This document shows, one piece after another, positions 36,359 through 48,319 of a stretch of DNA of 64,000 nt. The DNA is from Mobula hypostoma (lineage: Eukaryota), in NCBI RefSeq assembly GCF_963921235.1, contig NC_086097.1, positions 1,116,001 to 1,180,000 of the forward strand, read 5' to 3'. The first letter of the stretch is position 1. Every line of letters begins with the position of its first letter. The position numbers were made by a program, and so were the translations under genes. Below the pieces are notes generated by a model. It did not search any database. It was not told the DNA's origin and worked only from the letters and a program-made list of their open reading frames with translations.

Positions 36359-38836
36359 TAAAAATCTTTACGTTCGGTCTCCATTCAAATGTGAAATTAT
36401 AGTTTTTAATAAATATGTATAACAGGACAGTCAATATAACAAATACATTAGCGTCAGCATGAATTAAGCAGTCTGATGGCCTGGTGGAAGAAGCTGTCCT
36501 GGGGTCTGCTGGTCCTGGCTTTTATGCTGCAGTACCATTTCCCAGATGGCAGCAGCTGGAACAGTTTGTGGTTGGGGTGACTCAGGTCTCCAGTGATCCT
36601 TCGGGCCCTTTTTACACAGCGGTCTTTGTAAAAATCCAGAATAGTGGGAAGTTCACATCTACAGATTCGCTGGGCTGTCTGCACCACTCTTTACGGAGTC
36701 CTGTGATCAAGGGAAGTACAGTTCCCACACCAGGCAGTGATGCAGCCAGTCAGGATGCTCTTAATCATGCCCTTATAGAAAGTTCTAAGAATTTGGGGGG
36801 GCCATACCAGATTTCTTCAACCGTCTGAAGTGAAAGAGGTGCTGTTGTGCCTTTTTCACCCCACAGCCGGTATGTCCGGACCACGTGATATTTATGCTGA
36901 TGAGCTTAAAGCTGTTCAGCCGCTCAAGCCCAGATCCATCGGTGTCAATAGCTGGCATTCCTCCTGTAGTCCACAGCAAACTCCTTGGTTTTTGCGACAT
37001 TGAGGGAGAGGTTTTCTTGACATGACTGTGTCAGGGTGATGACTTTTCTGTAGGCTGCCTCGTTATTATTTGCCATAAGGTCAATAAATAAAGTATCATC
37101 TGCAAATTTAATTAGCAGATTGGAGCTTTGGGTGGCAATACAACCATAGGTCGCCTACCGACACAACCGATCGACAGACGACACAATAGCCACAGCTCTA
37201 CACATTGTCTTTACACACCTGGAGAAGAGGGATGCTTATGTGAGAGTGCTGTTCTTGGACTACAGTTCTGCATTCAACACCATAATTCCCACCAGGCTCA
37301 ACAAGAAGCCCAGAGACCTCAGCCTTCATACTGGCTTGTGTGGCTGGATCCTGGACTTCCTGTCAGATCATTGGGAGGTGGAAGTCATCATCCTCTCTGT
37401 AGGCTGCCTCATTATTATTTGAGATTAGGCTAATCAGTGTAGCAGATTGGAGCTGTGGGTGGTGACATAGCCATGGGTATACAGAGAGTAAAGGAGGGGG
37501 CTTAGTGAGCGGCAGAGGTCCTTTCTTTTTGCATACTTCGGATTCAGAGATGACCAAGCTGCTGGTCGCATCATCTGCAGGTCTCCTCAGGGCTCAGTAT
37601 TGGCGACATTGAATCCAGCTAAAAAAGATCTAGCTTGTCTGGGAGAGAGGCATTGATACTGGAAACTCTACTGCGTTTCGCTTTGAAGTCTGCGATGGTG
37701 TGCAGACCCTGCCATAAGCTGCATGTGTTGTTAGTGGAGAGTTGAGTCTGGATCTTGTCTCTGTTGTTGTTCCACTGCCTTGATGACTTTGCGCAGATCA
37801 TAGCTACATTTCTTGAGCTCTTACTGATTACCGGCAATGTAAGCCCTGTCTCGCTGCTCGTAAGTGCTGCTCGTAAGGAACTGTTAATCCAGGGTTTCTC
37901 ATTCGGGAAGACCCTGACTGATTTTTGGGGGACAACATCCTTGATGCACTTCTGGATGAAACTCGTGATCCTTTCCGTGAACTTGGAGACATCCTCATCA
38001 TGGAAGACATTCCAGTCAACATCATCAAAGCTATTCTGCAGCATGGTTGGACCAACAGTGGACGGTTTTAACTATGGCTGCCTCTTGTTTCAGCTTCTGC
38101 CTGTACTTTGACACCTGAAAAAATGAGGAGTGATCTAATTTTCCAAATGGAGGACGGAGGAGCGCTTTGTAAGCGTTGCAAAAGGGATGTCAAGTAAGCT
38201 ATCTCCCCGTATGCCCACCTGGATGTGTTGGCAAAACTTCGGAGGGACTTCAGTCAGCGATGTTCTGTTAAAGTCACCTGCTTCGGAGGGACTTTAGTCA
38301 GCGAGGCTCTGTTATAGTTTCCACATCCTTGCAGCTTCTGGGGTAGTGGTGTACATTCCACCTCTGGCCAAATTCAGACTGGCACTGGAGAAGCTGAGCA
38401 GTGTAATCAGCATTGTGAGAGATTTCAACCAGTCCAGCTCAAAGTCTCTGAATAACTACCACCAACATCAGACCTGTGGAACCAGAGGAGCCAACACACT
38501 TGACCACTGTTATACCACTATCAAGAACGCTTACTGTATCATCCCATGCCCACACTTTACAAAGTCTGATCACCTGGTTGTTCTTCTACTCCCAGTGTAC
38601 AGGCAGAGACTGAAAACTGCAGCACGAATGGTGAGAACCAGGAAGGTACACACGAGGGAAGAAGAGGAACGCTTACAGGATTGTTTTGAGTTGGTGGACT
38701 GGATTCATCTTCAAATCTGAATGATATGCTGCAGTTATCATTGATTTCATTAAAATGTGTGGCCTCAAGAATATACCACATACCCAAATCAAATGCTGTG
38801 GATGAACCAGGAGATTCGTGGCCTACTGAGGGCTAA

Positions 38837-41800
38837 ACATAGAAAGCCTGCTGCAGAATATAGGCCTTCGGCCCACAATGCTGTGCTGAACATGTACTTT
38901 AGAAATTAATCAGGTTTACCCATAACCCTCTATTTTTCTAAGCATCCAAGAGTCTCTTAAAAGACCCTATTGTATCCACCTCCACCACTGTTGCTGGCAG
39001 CCCATTCCATGCACTCACCACTCTGTGTCAAATAAATAAATAAATTTACTGTTACATAACCGGCAACAATGAATATCAATCAAGACAGGATACATAAAAA
39101 CAACCAAACATTTATTAAACCCGGATAAACAATAAAAAAAACAAATGAAAATCTTAACCGCAAGTTAACTGCTATGGAGCTGTTCAACGAATCGTCACTC
39201 GGCACTCGTTCTTAAAGCGGTAAAGTCAGATATAGTTCTTAAAATGGTAAATTCGAAAGTCCAACAGATTTATACGTTCAATTAGGAAAGACGTCTCTGG
39301 AGAAGAATTTCTTCATAGACGCGACTTTTCTGTTCTGTCCAAAGGATTCACAATGCAGGAAATAAACAGTTTAAAACAATTGACCTCAAATTCTAGAGAG
39401 CACCTTGCATGAACTCTTTGCTCTTTTGGCAAGAGTTATCTTTGATGCAGGTCACCACTCCTGCAACGAAGACTCAATAAGGTCGATCCTTTGCAAAACT
39501 GCGGAACGATACCGACTCCTCTCAATCCTTCGGGTCTTGTACTTCGATAAAGTCTTCACTCTCTCGTACTACTGCTGGAATAAGGTACATTAACACATCC
39601 AGCAAAAAATTCCAGTCCAACACTATTGTACCTTGCAACAGAACATAACACTCCATTTTAAAAATGAAACTGCGTCATAAAAACAAATACGCAACAGAAA
39701 CGGAGACACATCAATGTTCTACCTGGAAAACTAAAAACTAACTGCGTCATCTGAGGTCTTCCCTTATATACCCGTGGTGCACATGTCATCACGTGACCTC
39801 ACATCGGCGGGAAAATTACATCAGGTGACCTCCAAAAGACCATTACATCATTCTCACAAAAAAAATCACAGATCTCCTTGAGGTATGTAACACTTACCCC
39901 TGACATCTCCTCTGTACCTACTCTCCAGCACCTTAAACCTGTGTCCTCTTGTGGCAACTATTTCAGCCCTGGGAAAAAGCTTCTGACTATCCACACGATC
40001 AATGCCTCTCATCATCTTATACACCTCTATCAGGTCACCTCTCATCTTCCGTTGCTCCAAGGAGAAAAGGCCAAGTTCACTCAACCTATTCTCATAAGGC
40101 ATGCTCCCAAATCCAGGCAACATCCTTGTAAGTCTCCTCTGCACCCTTTCTATGGTTTCCACATCTTTCCTGTAGTGAGGCGACCAGAACTGAGCACAGT
40201 ACTCCAAGCGGGGTCTGACCAGAGTCCTGTATAGCTGCAACATTACCTCTCGGCTCCTAAAATCAATTTCACGATTGATGAAGGCCAATACACTGTATGC
40301 CTTCTTAACCACAGAGTCAACCTGCGCAGTTGCTTTGAGCGTCCTATGGACTTGGACCCCAAGATCCCTCTGATCCTCTACACTGCCAAGAGTCTTATCA
40401 TTAATACTATATTCTGCCATCATATTACCAAAATGAACCACTTCACACTTAACCTGGGTTGAACTCCATCTGTCGCCTCTCAGCCCAGTTTTTCATCCTA
40501 TCAATGTCCCGCTGTAACCTCTGACAGCCCTCCACACTATCCACAACACCTCCAACCTTTGTGTCATCAGCAAACTTACTAACCCATCCCTCCACTTCCT
40601 CATCCAGGTCAATTAAAATCACGACGAGAAGGGGTCCCAGACCAGATACCTGAGGCACACCACTGGTGACAGACCTCCATGCAGAATATGACCCGTCTAC
40701 AACCACTCTTTGCCTTTTGTGAGCAAGCCAATTCTGGATCTACAAAACAATGTCCCCTTGGATCCCATGCCTCCTTACTTTCTCAATAAGCCTTGCATGG
40801 GGTCCTTTATCAAATGCCTTGCTGAAATCCATTTACTGCTCTACCTTCATGTTTTGTGTGTAGTTACATCCTCAAAAAATTTAATTGGGCTTGTAAGGCA
40901 TGGCCTGCCTTTGACAAAGCCATACTGACTATTCCTAATCATATTATTCCTCTCCAAATGTTCATATATCCTGCCTCTCAAGATCTTCTCCATCAACTGG
41001 TCTACAATTTCCAGGGCTATCTCTACTCACTTTCTTGAATAAAGAAGCAACATTTACAACCTTCCAGTCCTCCGGAACCTCTCCTGTCCCCATTATTGAT
41101 GCACAGATCATTGCCAGAGGCTCAGCAATCTCCTCCCTCGCCTCCCACAGTAGCCAGGGGTACATCTCATCCGGTCCCAGTGACTTATCCAACTTGATGC
41201 TTTTCAAAAGCTCCAGCACATCTTCTTTCTTAATATCTACATGCTCAAGCTTTTCAATTTGCTGTAAGTCATCCCTACAATCACCCAGGTCGTCTTCTGT
41301 AGCGAATACTGAAGCAAGGTACTCATTAAGTACTTCTGCTGTCTCCTCCGGTTCCCTGCACACTTTTCCACTGTCACACTTGATTGGTCCTATTCTCTCA
41401 CATCTTATCCTTTTGCTGTTCACGTACTTGTAGAATGCCTTGGGGTTTTCCTTAATCCTGCTCACCAAGGCCTGCTCATGGCTCCTTCTGGCTCTCCTTA
41501 TTTTTTTCTTAAGTTTCTTGCTGCTAGCCTTATAATTTTCAAGATCGCTACCTTTGCCTCGGTTTTTGAATCTTCCTTGACTAGATTTTCAACAGGTTTT
41601 GTATACCATGGTTCCTGTACCCTAACATCCTTTCCCTCTCTCATTGGAATGTACCTATGCAGAATGCCACGCAAATATCCCCTGAACATTTGCCACATTT
41701 CTGCCATACATTTCCCTGAGAACATCTCCCAATTTATGCTTCCAGGGTTCCGCCTGATAGCTTCATATCTCCCCTTACTCCAATTAAAAGTTGTCCTAAC

Positions 41801-42190
41801 TTGTCTGCTCTTATCCCTCTCCAATGCTATGGTAAAGGAGATAGAATTGTGATCACTATCTATTGAGAGACCTGACACCTGACCAGGTTAATTTCCCAAT
41901 AGTAGATCAAGTACAGCCTTTCCTCATGTAGGCTTATCTACGTGTTGTGTGAGGAAACCTTCCTGAACACACCTATCTCCACCCCATCTAAACCCCTTGC
42001 TCTAGGGAGATGCCAATCAATATTGGGGAAATTAAAATCTCCACTGACGTCGTGCCTCAATCAAACCACTGAAGAAAAAAATGCTCTCCTTTTAAATTCT
42101 TCCCGCTGATCTAACTCACTGACATCCACATGCCTGCTCAGTTGTGCCTCGATCAAACCACTGAAGAAAAAATGCTCTCCTTTTAAATTC
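38837..42190 (-). mobile_element. CR1 (family B) hosting a solo LTR
   Basis: ORFs 39866-40441, 40449-40706, 40962-41468 and 41498-41878. Confidence 0.9.
39050..39892 (-). mobile_element. Solo LTR (843 bp), BEL/Pao-like
   Basis: TGTTACATA...TATGTAACA termini; 5-bp TSD TTTAC/CTTAC. On the minus strand, TATATAAGGG near 39765 and AATAAA near 39111. Confidence 0.82.
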
Positions 42191-43956
42191 CCTAACCCAG
42201 GTAGATCTGTGGTATTCAAGACTGGTGATCCAGAACTATGTAAGAAGTCCATGTACAAGCTATGGAAGGCTATTTTAAGGGTGGAAAAATAATTCGTACT
42301 GAAGTTTGAAAACTGAATTGGATGCACATCAGCACTGGCAAGGTTTGCAGGCCATTACTTCCTACAAGGCAAAACCTAACATGAATGGTTGTGATGCTTC
42401 ACTCCCAGATGAGCTCAATGACCTTTATGTATGCTTTGATAGGGAGGCTGAAACTACACCTGTGTGAAACTATGCAGCATCTGGTGACCCTGTGATCTGT
42501 GTCTCAGAGGCTGGCATAAGAACATCTTTCAGGAGAGGGAACCCTCAAAAGACATCAGGCCCTGATGGTGTAGCTGAAACGGCTTGTTGCCACGAGCAGC
42601 TGTGGAGGCCAAGTCATTGGGTGTATTTAAGGCAGAGATAGATAGGTTCTTGATTAGCCAGGGCATCAAAGGGTATGGGGTGAAAGCAGGGGAGTGAGGA
42701 TGACTGAATGAAGTGGATCAGCCCATGATTGAATGGCAGAGCAGAATCGATGGGCCAAATGGCCTACTTCTGCTCCTAAATCTTATGGTCTTATGGACAT
42801 TGAAAACCTGTGCTCACCAACTGGTGGGGATGTTCAAGGACATCTTCAATCACTGCTGCAGTCAGAGGTTCTCACCTGTCAGACCGGTGCCTCAGAAGTG
42901 CTGGGTGAGCTGCCCCAACAACTTTCACCCAGTTGCACTATATTTACTGTAATGAAGTATCTTGAGAAGTTGGTCATGGCCAGAATCAACTCCTACCTAA
43001 GTAAGGACCTGGACCTGTTGCAGTTTGCCTACCGCCACAATAGATGCACAGCAGATACAATCTTGCAGGCTCCTCACTTGGCCTTAGATCATCTGGACAA
43101 TAGCAATACCTACGTCAGACTGCTGTTTAGTGATTACAGCTCAGATTTCAGCACTGTCATATCCTCAGTTCTAATCAATAAGCTCCAAAACCTGGGCCCC
43201 TGCTTTCCCCTCTACCCCCCCCCCCCACCCACAACAACTGGATCTTTGACTTCATCATTGAGAGTACAGATTGGAAATAACATCTCATTGACAGTTAACA
43301 CTGGCACACCTCAAGAATGTGTGCTTACCCACTGCTCTACTCTCTCTATACCCTCTCCAAGCACTGCTCACATACGATCTGTAAATGTTCTGGGGAGAGA
43401 TCTGCAGGAGTGAGATATAGATCAGCTGGTTGAGTGGTGTTGCAATAGCAACTTTGCACTCAACATCAGTAAAACCCAAGGAACTGATTGTGGAAGCTCC
43501 TGTGTGTGAACATCTCTGAAGAGCTTTCCCAACATTTTGATGCAATTACAAAGAAGGTACGACAATGCTATATTTTCATTTGGAGTTTGAGGAGAATTGG
43601 TGTGGCACCAAAGACATTGGAACTGGTTGCATCACTATCTGGCATGGAGGTCCACTGCACGGGATCAGAAAAAGCTGCAGAAAGTTGCAAGCACAGGCAG
43701 CTCCATGGCCACTGGCCTCCCCAGCAGCAAGGACATCTTGAAAAGCTGTTACTGTACCTCAAAAAGGTGGCATCTGTCATTAAGGGGCCTGTTACCCAGG
43801 ACATGGCCTCTTCTCATTACTACCATCAGGGAGGAGGTACAAGAGCATGAAGACACACACTCAGTGGTTTAGGAACAGCTTCTTACCCTCCGCTGTCAGA
43901 TTTCTGAATGGACAATGAACCCATGTACAATACCTCAATAATTTTGCATTCTTTTC

Positions 43957-45330
43957 ATAGAAACATAGAAAATAGGTGCAGGAGTAGGCCATTCGGCCCT
44001 TCGAGCCTGCACCGCCATTTATTATGATCATGGCTGATCATCCAACTCAGAACCCAGCCTTCCCTCCATACCCCGTGACCCCTGTAGCCACAAGGGCCAT
44101 ATCTAACTTCCTTTTAAACATAGCTAATGAACTGGCCTCAACAGTTTGCTGTGGCAGAGAATTCCACAGATTCACCACTCTCTGTGTGAAGAAGTTTTTC
44201 CTAACCTCGGTCCTAAAAGGCTTCCCCTCTATCCTCAAACTGTGACCCCTCGTTCTAGACCTCCCCAACATCGGGAACAATCTTCCCGCATCTAGCCTGT
44301 CCAATCCCTTTAGGATCTTATACGTTTCAATCAGATCCCCCCTCAATCTTCTAAATTCCAACGAGTACAAGCCCAGTTCATCCAGTCTTTCTTCATATGA
44401 AAGACCTGCCATCCCAGGAATCAATCTGGTGAACCTTCTTTGTACTCCCTCTATGGCAAGGATGTCTTTCCTCAGATTAGGGGACCAAAACTGCACACAA
44501 TACTCCAGGTGTGGTCTCACCAAGGCCTTGTACAACTGCAGTAGTACCTCCCTGCTCCTGTACTCGAATCCTCTCGCTATAAATGCCAGCATACCGTTCG
44601 CCTTTTTCACCGCCTGCTGTACCTGCATGCCCACTTTCAATGACTGGTGTATAATGACACCCAGGTCTCGTTGCACCTCCCCTTTTCCTAATCGGCCACC
44701 ATTCAGATAATAATCTGTTTTCCTATTTTTGCCACCAAAGTGGATAACTTCACATTTATCCACATTAAATTGCATCTGCCATGAGTTTGCCCACTCACCC
44801 AACCTATCCAAGTCACCCTGCATCCTCTTAGCATCCTCCTCACTGCTAACACTGCCACCCAGCTTCGTGTCATCCGCAAACTTGGAGATGCTGCATTTAA
44901 TTCCCTCATCCAAGTCATTAATATATATTGTAAACAACTGGGGTCCCAGCACTGAGCCTTGCGGTACCCCACTAGTCACCGCCTGCCATTCTGAAAAGGT
45001 CCCGTTTATTCCCACTCTTTGCTTCCTGTCTGCTAACCAATTCTCCACCCACACCAATACCTTACCCCCAATACCATGTGCTTTAAGTTTGCACACTAAT
45101 CTCCTGTGTGGGACCTTGTCAAAAGCCTTTTGAAAATCCAAATATACCACATCCACTGGTTCTCCCCTATCCACTCTACTAGTTACATCCTCAAAAAATT
45201 CTATGAGATTCGTCAGACATGATTTTCCTTTCACAAATCCATGCTGACTTTGTCCGATCATTTCACCGCTTTCCAAATGTGCTGTTATCACATCCTTGAT
45301 AACTGACTCCAGCAGTTTCCCCACCACCGA
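43957..45330 (-). mobile_element. Young 5'-truncated CR1 with an uninterrupted 426-aa RT/C-terminal ORF
   Basis: ORF 44047-45327 has no stops through [27 protein letters not shown] and TRGH; 3' tail present. Confidence 0.96.
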
Positions 45331-45612
45331 CTAATTTATTTTCGTACTAATTTATTTTATATCATGTATTACATTGTACTGCTGTTGCAAAACAACAAAT
45401 TTCATGTGCATGCCAGTGAAGTTAAACTTAATTCTGATTCCGATTTAGTGACTGACCCTGGTACTGTGTGATAGGACAGTGTAGAGGGAACTTTATATCT
45501 GACCCTGGGAGTGTGTGATGGGATGGTGTGAAGGGAGGTTCACACTTGTCCCAGGGTAGGAGAGGGTGCAGTAACCTAGTGGGGTGATAATGGCTTCTTT
45601 TTACTCTCACAG

Positions 45613-45731
45613 ATTGTATCACATCACTCTCTGGACTTTCATTCTGGCTCTCATTCACTTCTTATCCGAGTCGTTCGTTTATCAAACGGCACCCATAACC
45701 ATCGGTGTAATGGCTCCTCTCTTGGTGGCTG
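45613..45731 (+). CDS. ERG28: ERG28 coding exon 3 (119 nt): LYHITLWTFILALIHFLSESFVYQTAPITIGVMAPLLVA(G)
   Basis: Acceptor TTCTTTTTACTCTCACAG| and donor G|GTAAGT. In frame, with the conserved LYHITLWTF...HFLSE motif. Confidence 0.97.
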
Positions 45732-46839
45732 GTAAGTGCGTGTGTGTTTGAGTGCTGGCCAGTATCTCGACAAGGAGCTTTTGTTGGTAGCTTCTAGTGG
45801 GACATAGTCAGGATTTCAGCAGGTAGCGTGTGTTGGTCTGTGGCCCTTTGCGAATGAGGTGTGGGATGGTGCAGAGGCTGTCGAACTGTTGTTCACTTCA
45901 CCCGCACAGCGGCACCAGTCAGCCAATGTGAGTGTGCTCTGAGCAAAGCAGAACGAGACTCTTCAATGGCACAGTGCAGCCCTCCACTTCCCACCTCACA
46001 TTCCCTGATTCCCTTAGTGATTGATCCCATCGGCCATCCACAGCTCTCTTGAATAGAGAAATCCAGTAATTACTTTAATGTTTCTCCCCCCTCAGCCTCT
46101 ATCCTGTGCCCCTGATTCCAGCTTGCCAGCCTCTCAGCAACTGCTCGTCACTCCCAATCGGGAGAGCAGTCAGCTGGGCCTTGTGTCACAGCTGCTGTAT
46201 GAGATGTTGGTGAGAACACACTGGGAACTAGTTCAATAAAGCAACTCATCAGCATGAATGAGTTAGGTTGAAGAGCCCTTTCTGTGATTATAACTATGAT
46301 TAGAGTCATAGAACACTAGATCACAAAATCAAGCCCCCTGGAATATCTAGTCTGTACCAAGCTGTTATTCTGCTGACTTCCATCAACTTCTACCTGGGCC
46401 ATAGCCCTCCATACTCCTCTCATCCATGTACCTATCCAATTTTCTCTTAAATGTTGAAATTCACTGGCAGCTCGTTCCATACTCACCAGCCTCTGAGTGA
46501 AGATGGTCCTCGACATTTCACCTTTCACCCTTAACCCATGACCTTTAGTTCTAGTCTCACCCAACCTCTGGAAAAGGATTAAAGGTTTGCTTGCATTTAC
46601 CCCTATCTATGTACCTCATAATTGACACCCTACAGACTATCACTCTGTGACGATCTTCTTATACTCTTGTACTTCCCTGGCAACGAAGGATGAGCTACCA
46701 TTAGCCTTTCTCTGAACTTGTTTGTTAGTGAAGCTGACTGTCCTCGGCAACTACTAGAATTATCTAGCCTGGTAACAATTGAAAACTCCACCTATCCTGG
46801 GGACATTCTCTCTCCCCCACCTTCCACCACCCTTCCCGT

Positions 46840-47145
46840 CAGCAGTTATCATGCACAGAAACCCACGTAATCAAACACTCCAACCCCCTCCCCCCCCAAA
46901 TCGGTGGTTATCAAGAACAGAAACACATCAAACACTCCAACCCCCCCCCATTGGTAGTTAAATAGCACAGAAACACATGATCAAACACTCCACCCCCACC
47001 AGACATTCTCTCTTCTCTCCCCCCCCAACCCCCAGTGATAGTTAAATAGCACAGAAACACATGATCAAACACTCCACCCCCCTCGGATATTCTCTCTTTC
47101 GTGCCCCCCCAATTCAGTCAGCAGTTATCAAGCACAGGAACAGGC
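46840..47145. repeat. Degenerate tandem repeat in the last ERG28 intron
   Basis: GCACAGAAACACATGATCAAACACTCCA + C-run recurs 4-5 times at ~50-80 bp spacing. Confidence 0.82.
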
Positions 47146-47578
47146 CCTTCGGAACAACCAACTCACCCACGCTGACCAGCATGTCCACCTAAGTTGGTCC
47201 TATTTGCCAGCATTTGACCCTCATCTTTGGACACATTGCACCCATTGTAAATTATTGAGCTATTTTCTGAAATCTAGGGAGTTTTTGCTATTTGCATTTC
47301 CTGCCTCCCATTTACTTGATTGTGACCAAGTTACTTTTTGGAACTTATGACCTTGATTCTTGGAGGATCCCTTATTTCACCAGCCGTTCCCTGTCAGTGG
47401 GTCCGAATTCAGGGACTCCTTTCTCTAGAGGGGCTGCAGTGGCTGTGGAACGTGGTACCCCACCCCCTCTTGAAGTGTGATTACAGCAGGGTGATAAATG
47501 CAGCCCATGACCCAGAACAAAATGCTCTTGTTCGGAGTTCCTTCAGGTCCTTCCACTGACCTTTCTTCTCTCCTGCAG

Positions 47579-47667
47579 GCTTCTCCATCCTGGGAATGCT
47601 GGTGGGTTTTCAGTACATCGAGGATTCCCAGGAAGTGACTTCAGTTCCAGCAAAGAAGAGAATCTGA
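47579..47667 (+). CDS. ERG28: ERG28 last coding exon (89 nt including TGA): FSILGMLVGFQYIEDSQEVTSVPAKKRI*
   Basis: Branch-point-like CACTGAC, a pyrimidine tract, then CTGCAG|. Total CDS is 133+91+119+89=432 nt, giving 143 aa plus stop. C-terminal KKxx motif. Confidence 0.95.
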
Positions 47668-48319
47668 GATGACCGATGAGAATGGTGGTTTGGGGCAGAC
47701 TGAGCCAGGAGACAGCTGTACACGAGCAATTGACCTGTGCACCCTCTCCACCACAGCAGTTAGTAGTGAATGTATTTTTGAAGTAGTTGATGGACAGAAA
47801 GCACCTTAAGGGTGCCTCAGGGTGATGAAGAATGTTCACATGGGTGTTCTCTTTCTATCAGTAAATTCTGGTGCTGGAAACACTTCCTTGCAGTGGTTTC
47901 TGTCTGGACAGCTGAGCCCGCCCTGTGTCCTGTTACAGACTGAGGCTCACGGGGAATGGACTGGGGACAAGATTCCTGGCTGGAGTGTGAATGTCGATGG
48001 AAGCAGCCAGGCTGGTGGAAACTGAAGCTCACGGGGACTGGCTTGAGTGCTAATGTGGGTGGATGCAGCCAGGCTTGGTGGAGAGGGATTTCCAGTGATT
48101 TCTGTCCAGCAGCAAAGTTCCCCTGTGTGCATTGGTGAAGATTGAGGCTCACTGAGAATCAACTGGAGACAAGAGTCCTGGATGGTGTGAGCGTGGGTGG
48201 ACACAGTCAGCCCTGGCAGAGATTAAGGCTGATGGGGAATGGATGGGGGAGAAGAGTACTGGCTGGAGTGCAAGTGTGGGTGGAAACAGCCAGGCTTGGT
48301 GGGGAGGTGTTGCCTCTGA

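Larger units (their letters stand above)
35635..38170 (-). mobile_element. Rex1/Babar-type LINE mosaic with an internal inverted segment (~37130-37380)
   Basis: Minus ORFs 36454-36687 and 37619-38044 (FPNEKPW); plus ORF 37240-37422 ([10 protein letters not shown]). Confidence 0.78.
38345..43955 (+). mobile_element. Degenerate Rex1/Babar-type LINE split by a CR1 (38837-42190) and a CR1 tail (~42580-42795)
   Basis: VYIPP...TLDHCY...SDH (38346-38720) continues to LQFAYR...DYSS (42733-43413) and a 3' end. Confidence 0.78.

Noticed and set aside
44429..45133. Multiple ORFs antisense to CR1 RT, here and throughout the window
   Set aside because: Shadow frames of LINE coding sequence with no independent evidence.
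46840..47145. Repeat-spacer pattern resembling a CRISPR array
   Set aside because: Eukaryotic intron; the spacers are related low-complexity C-rich sequences and there are no cas genes.
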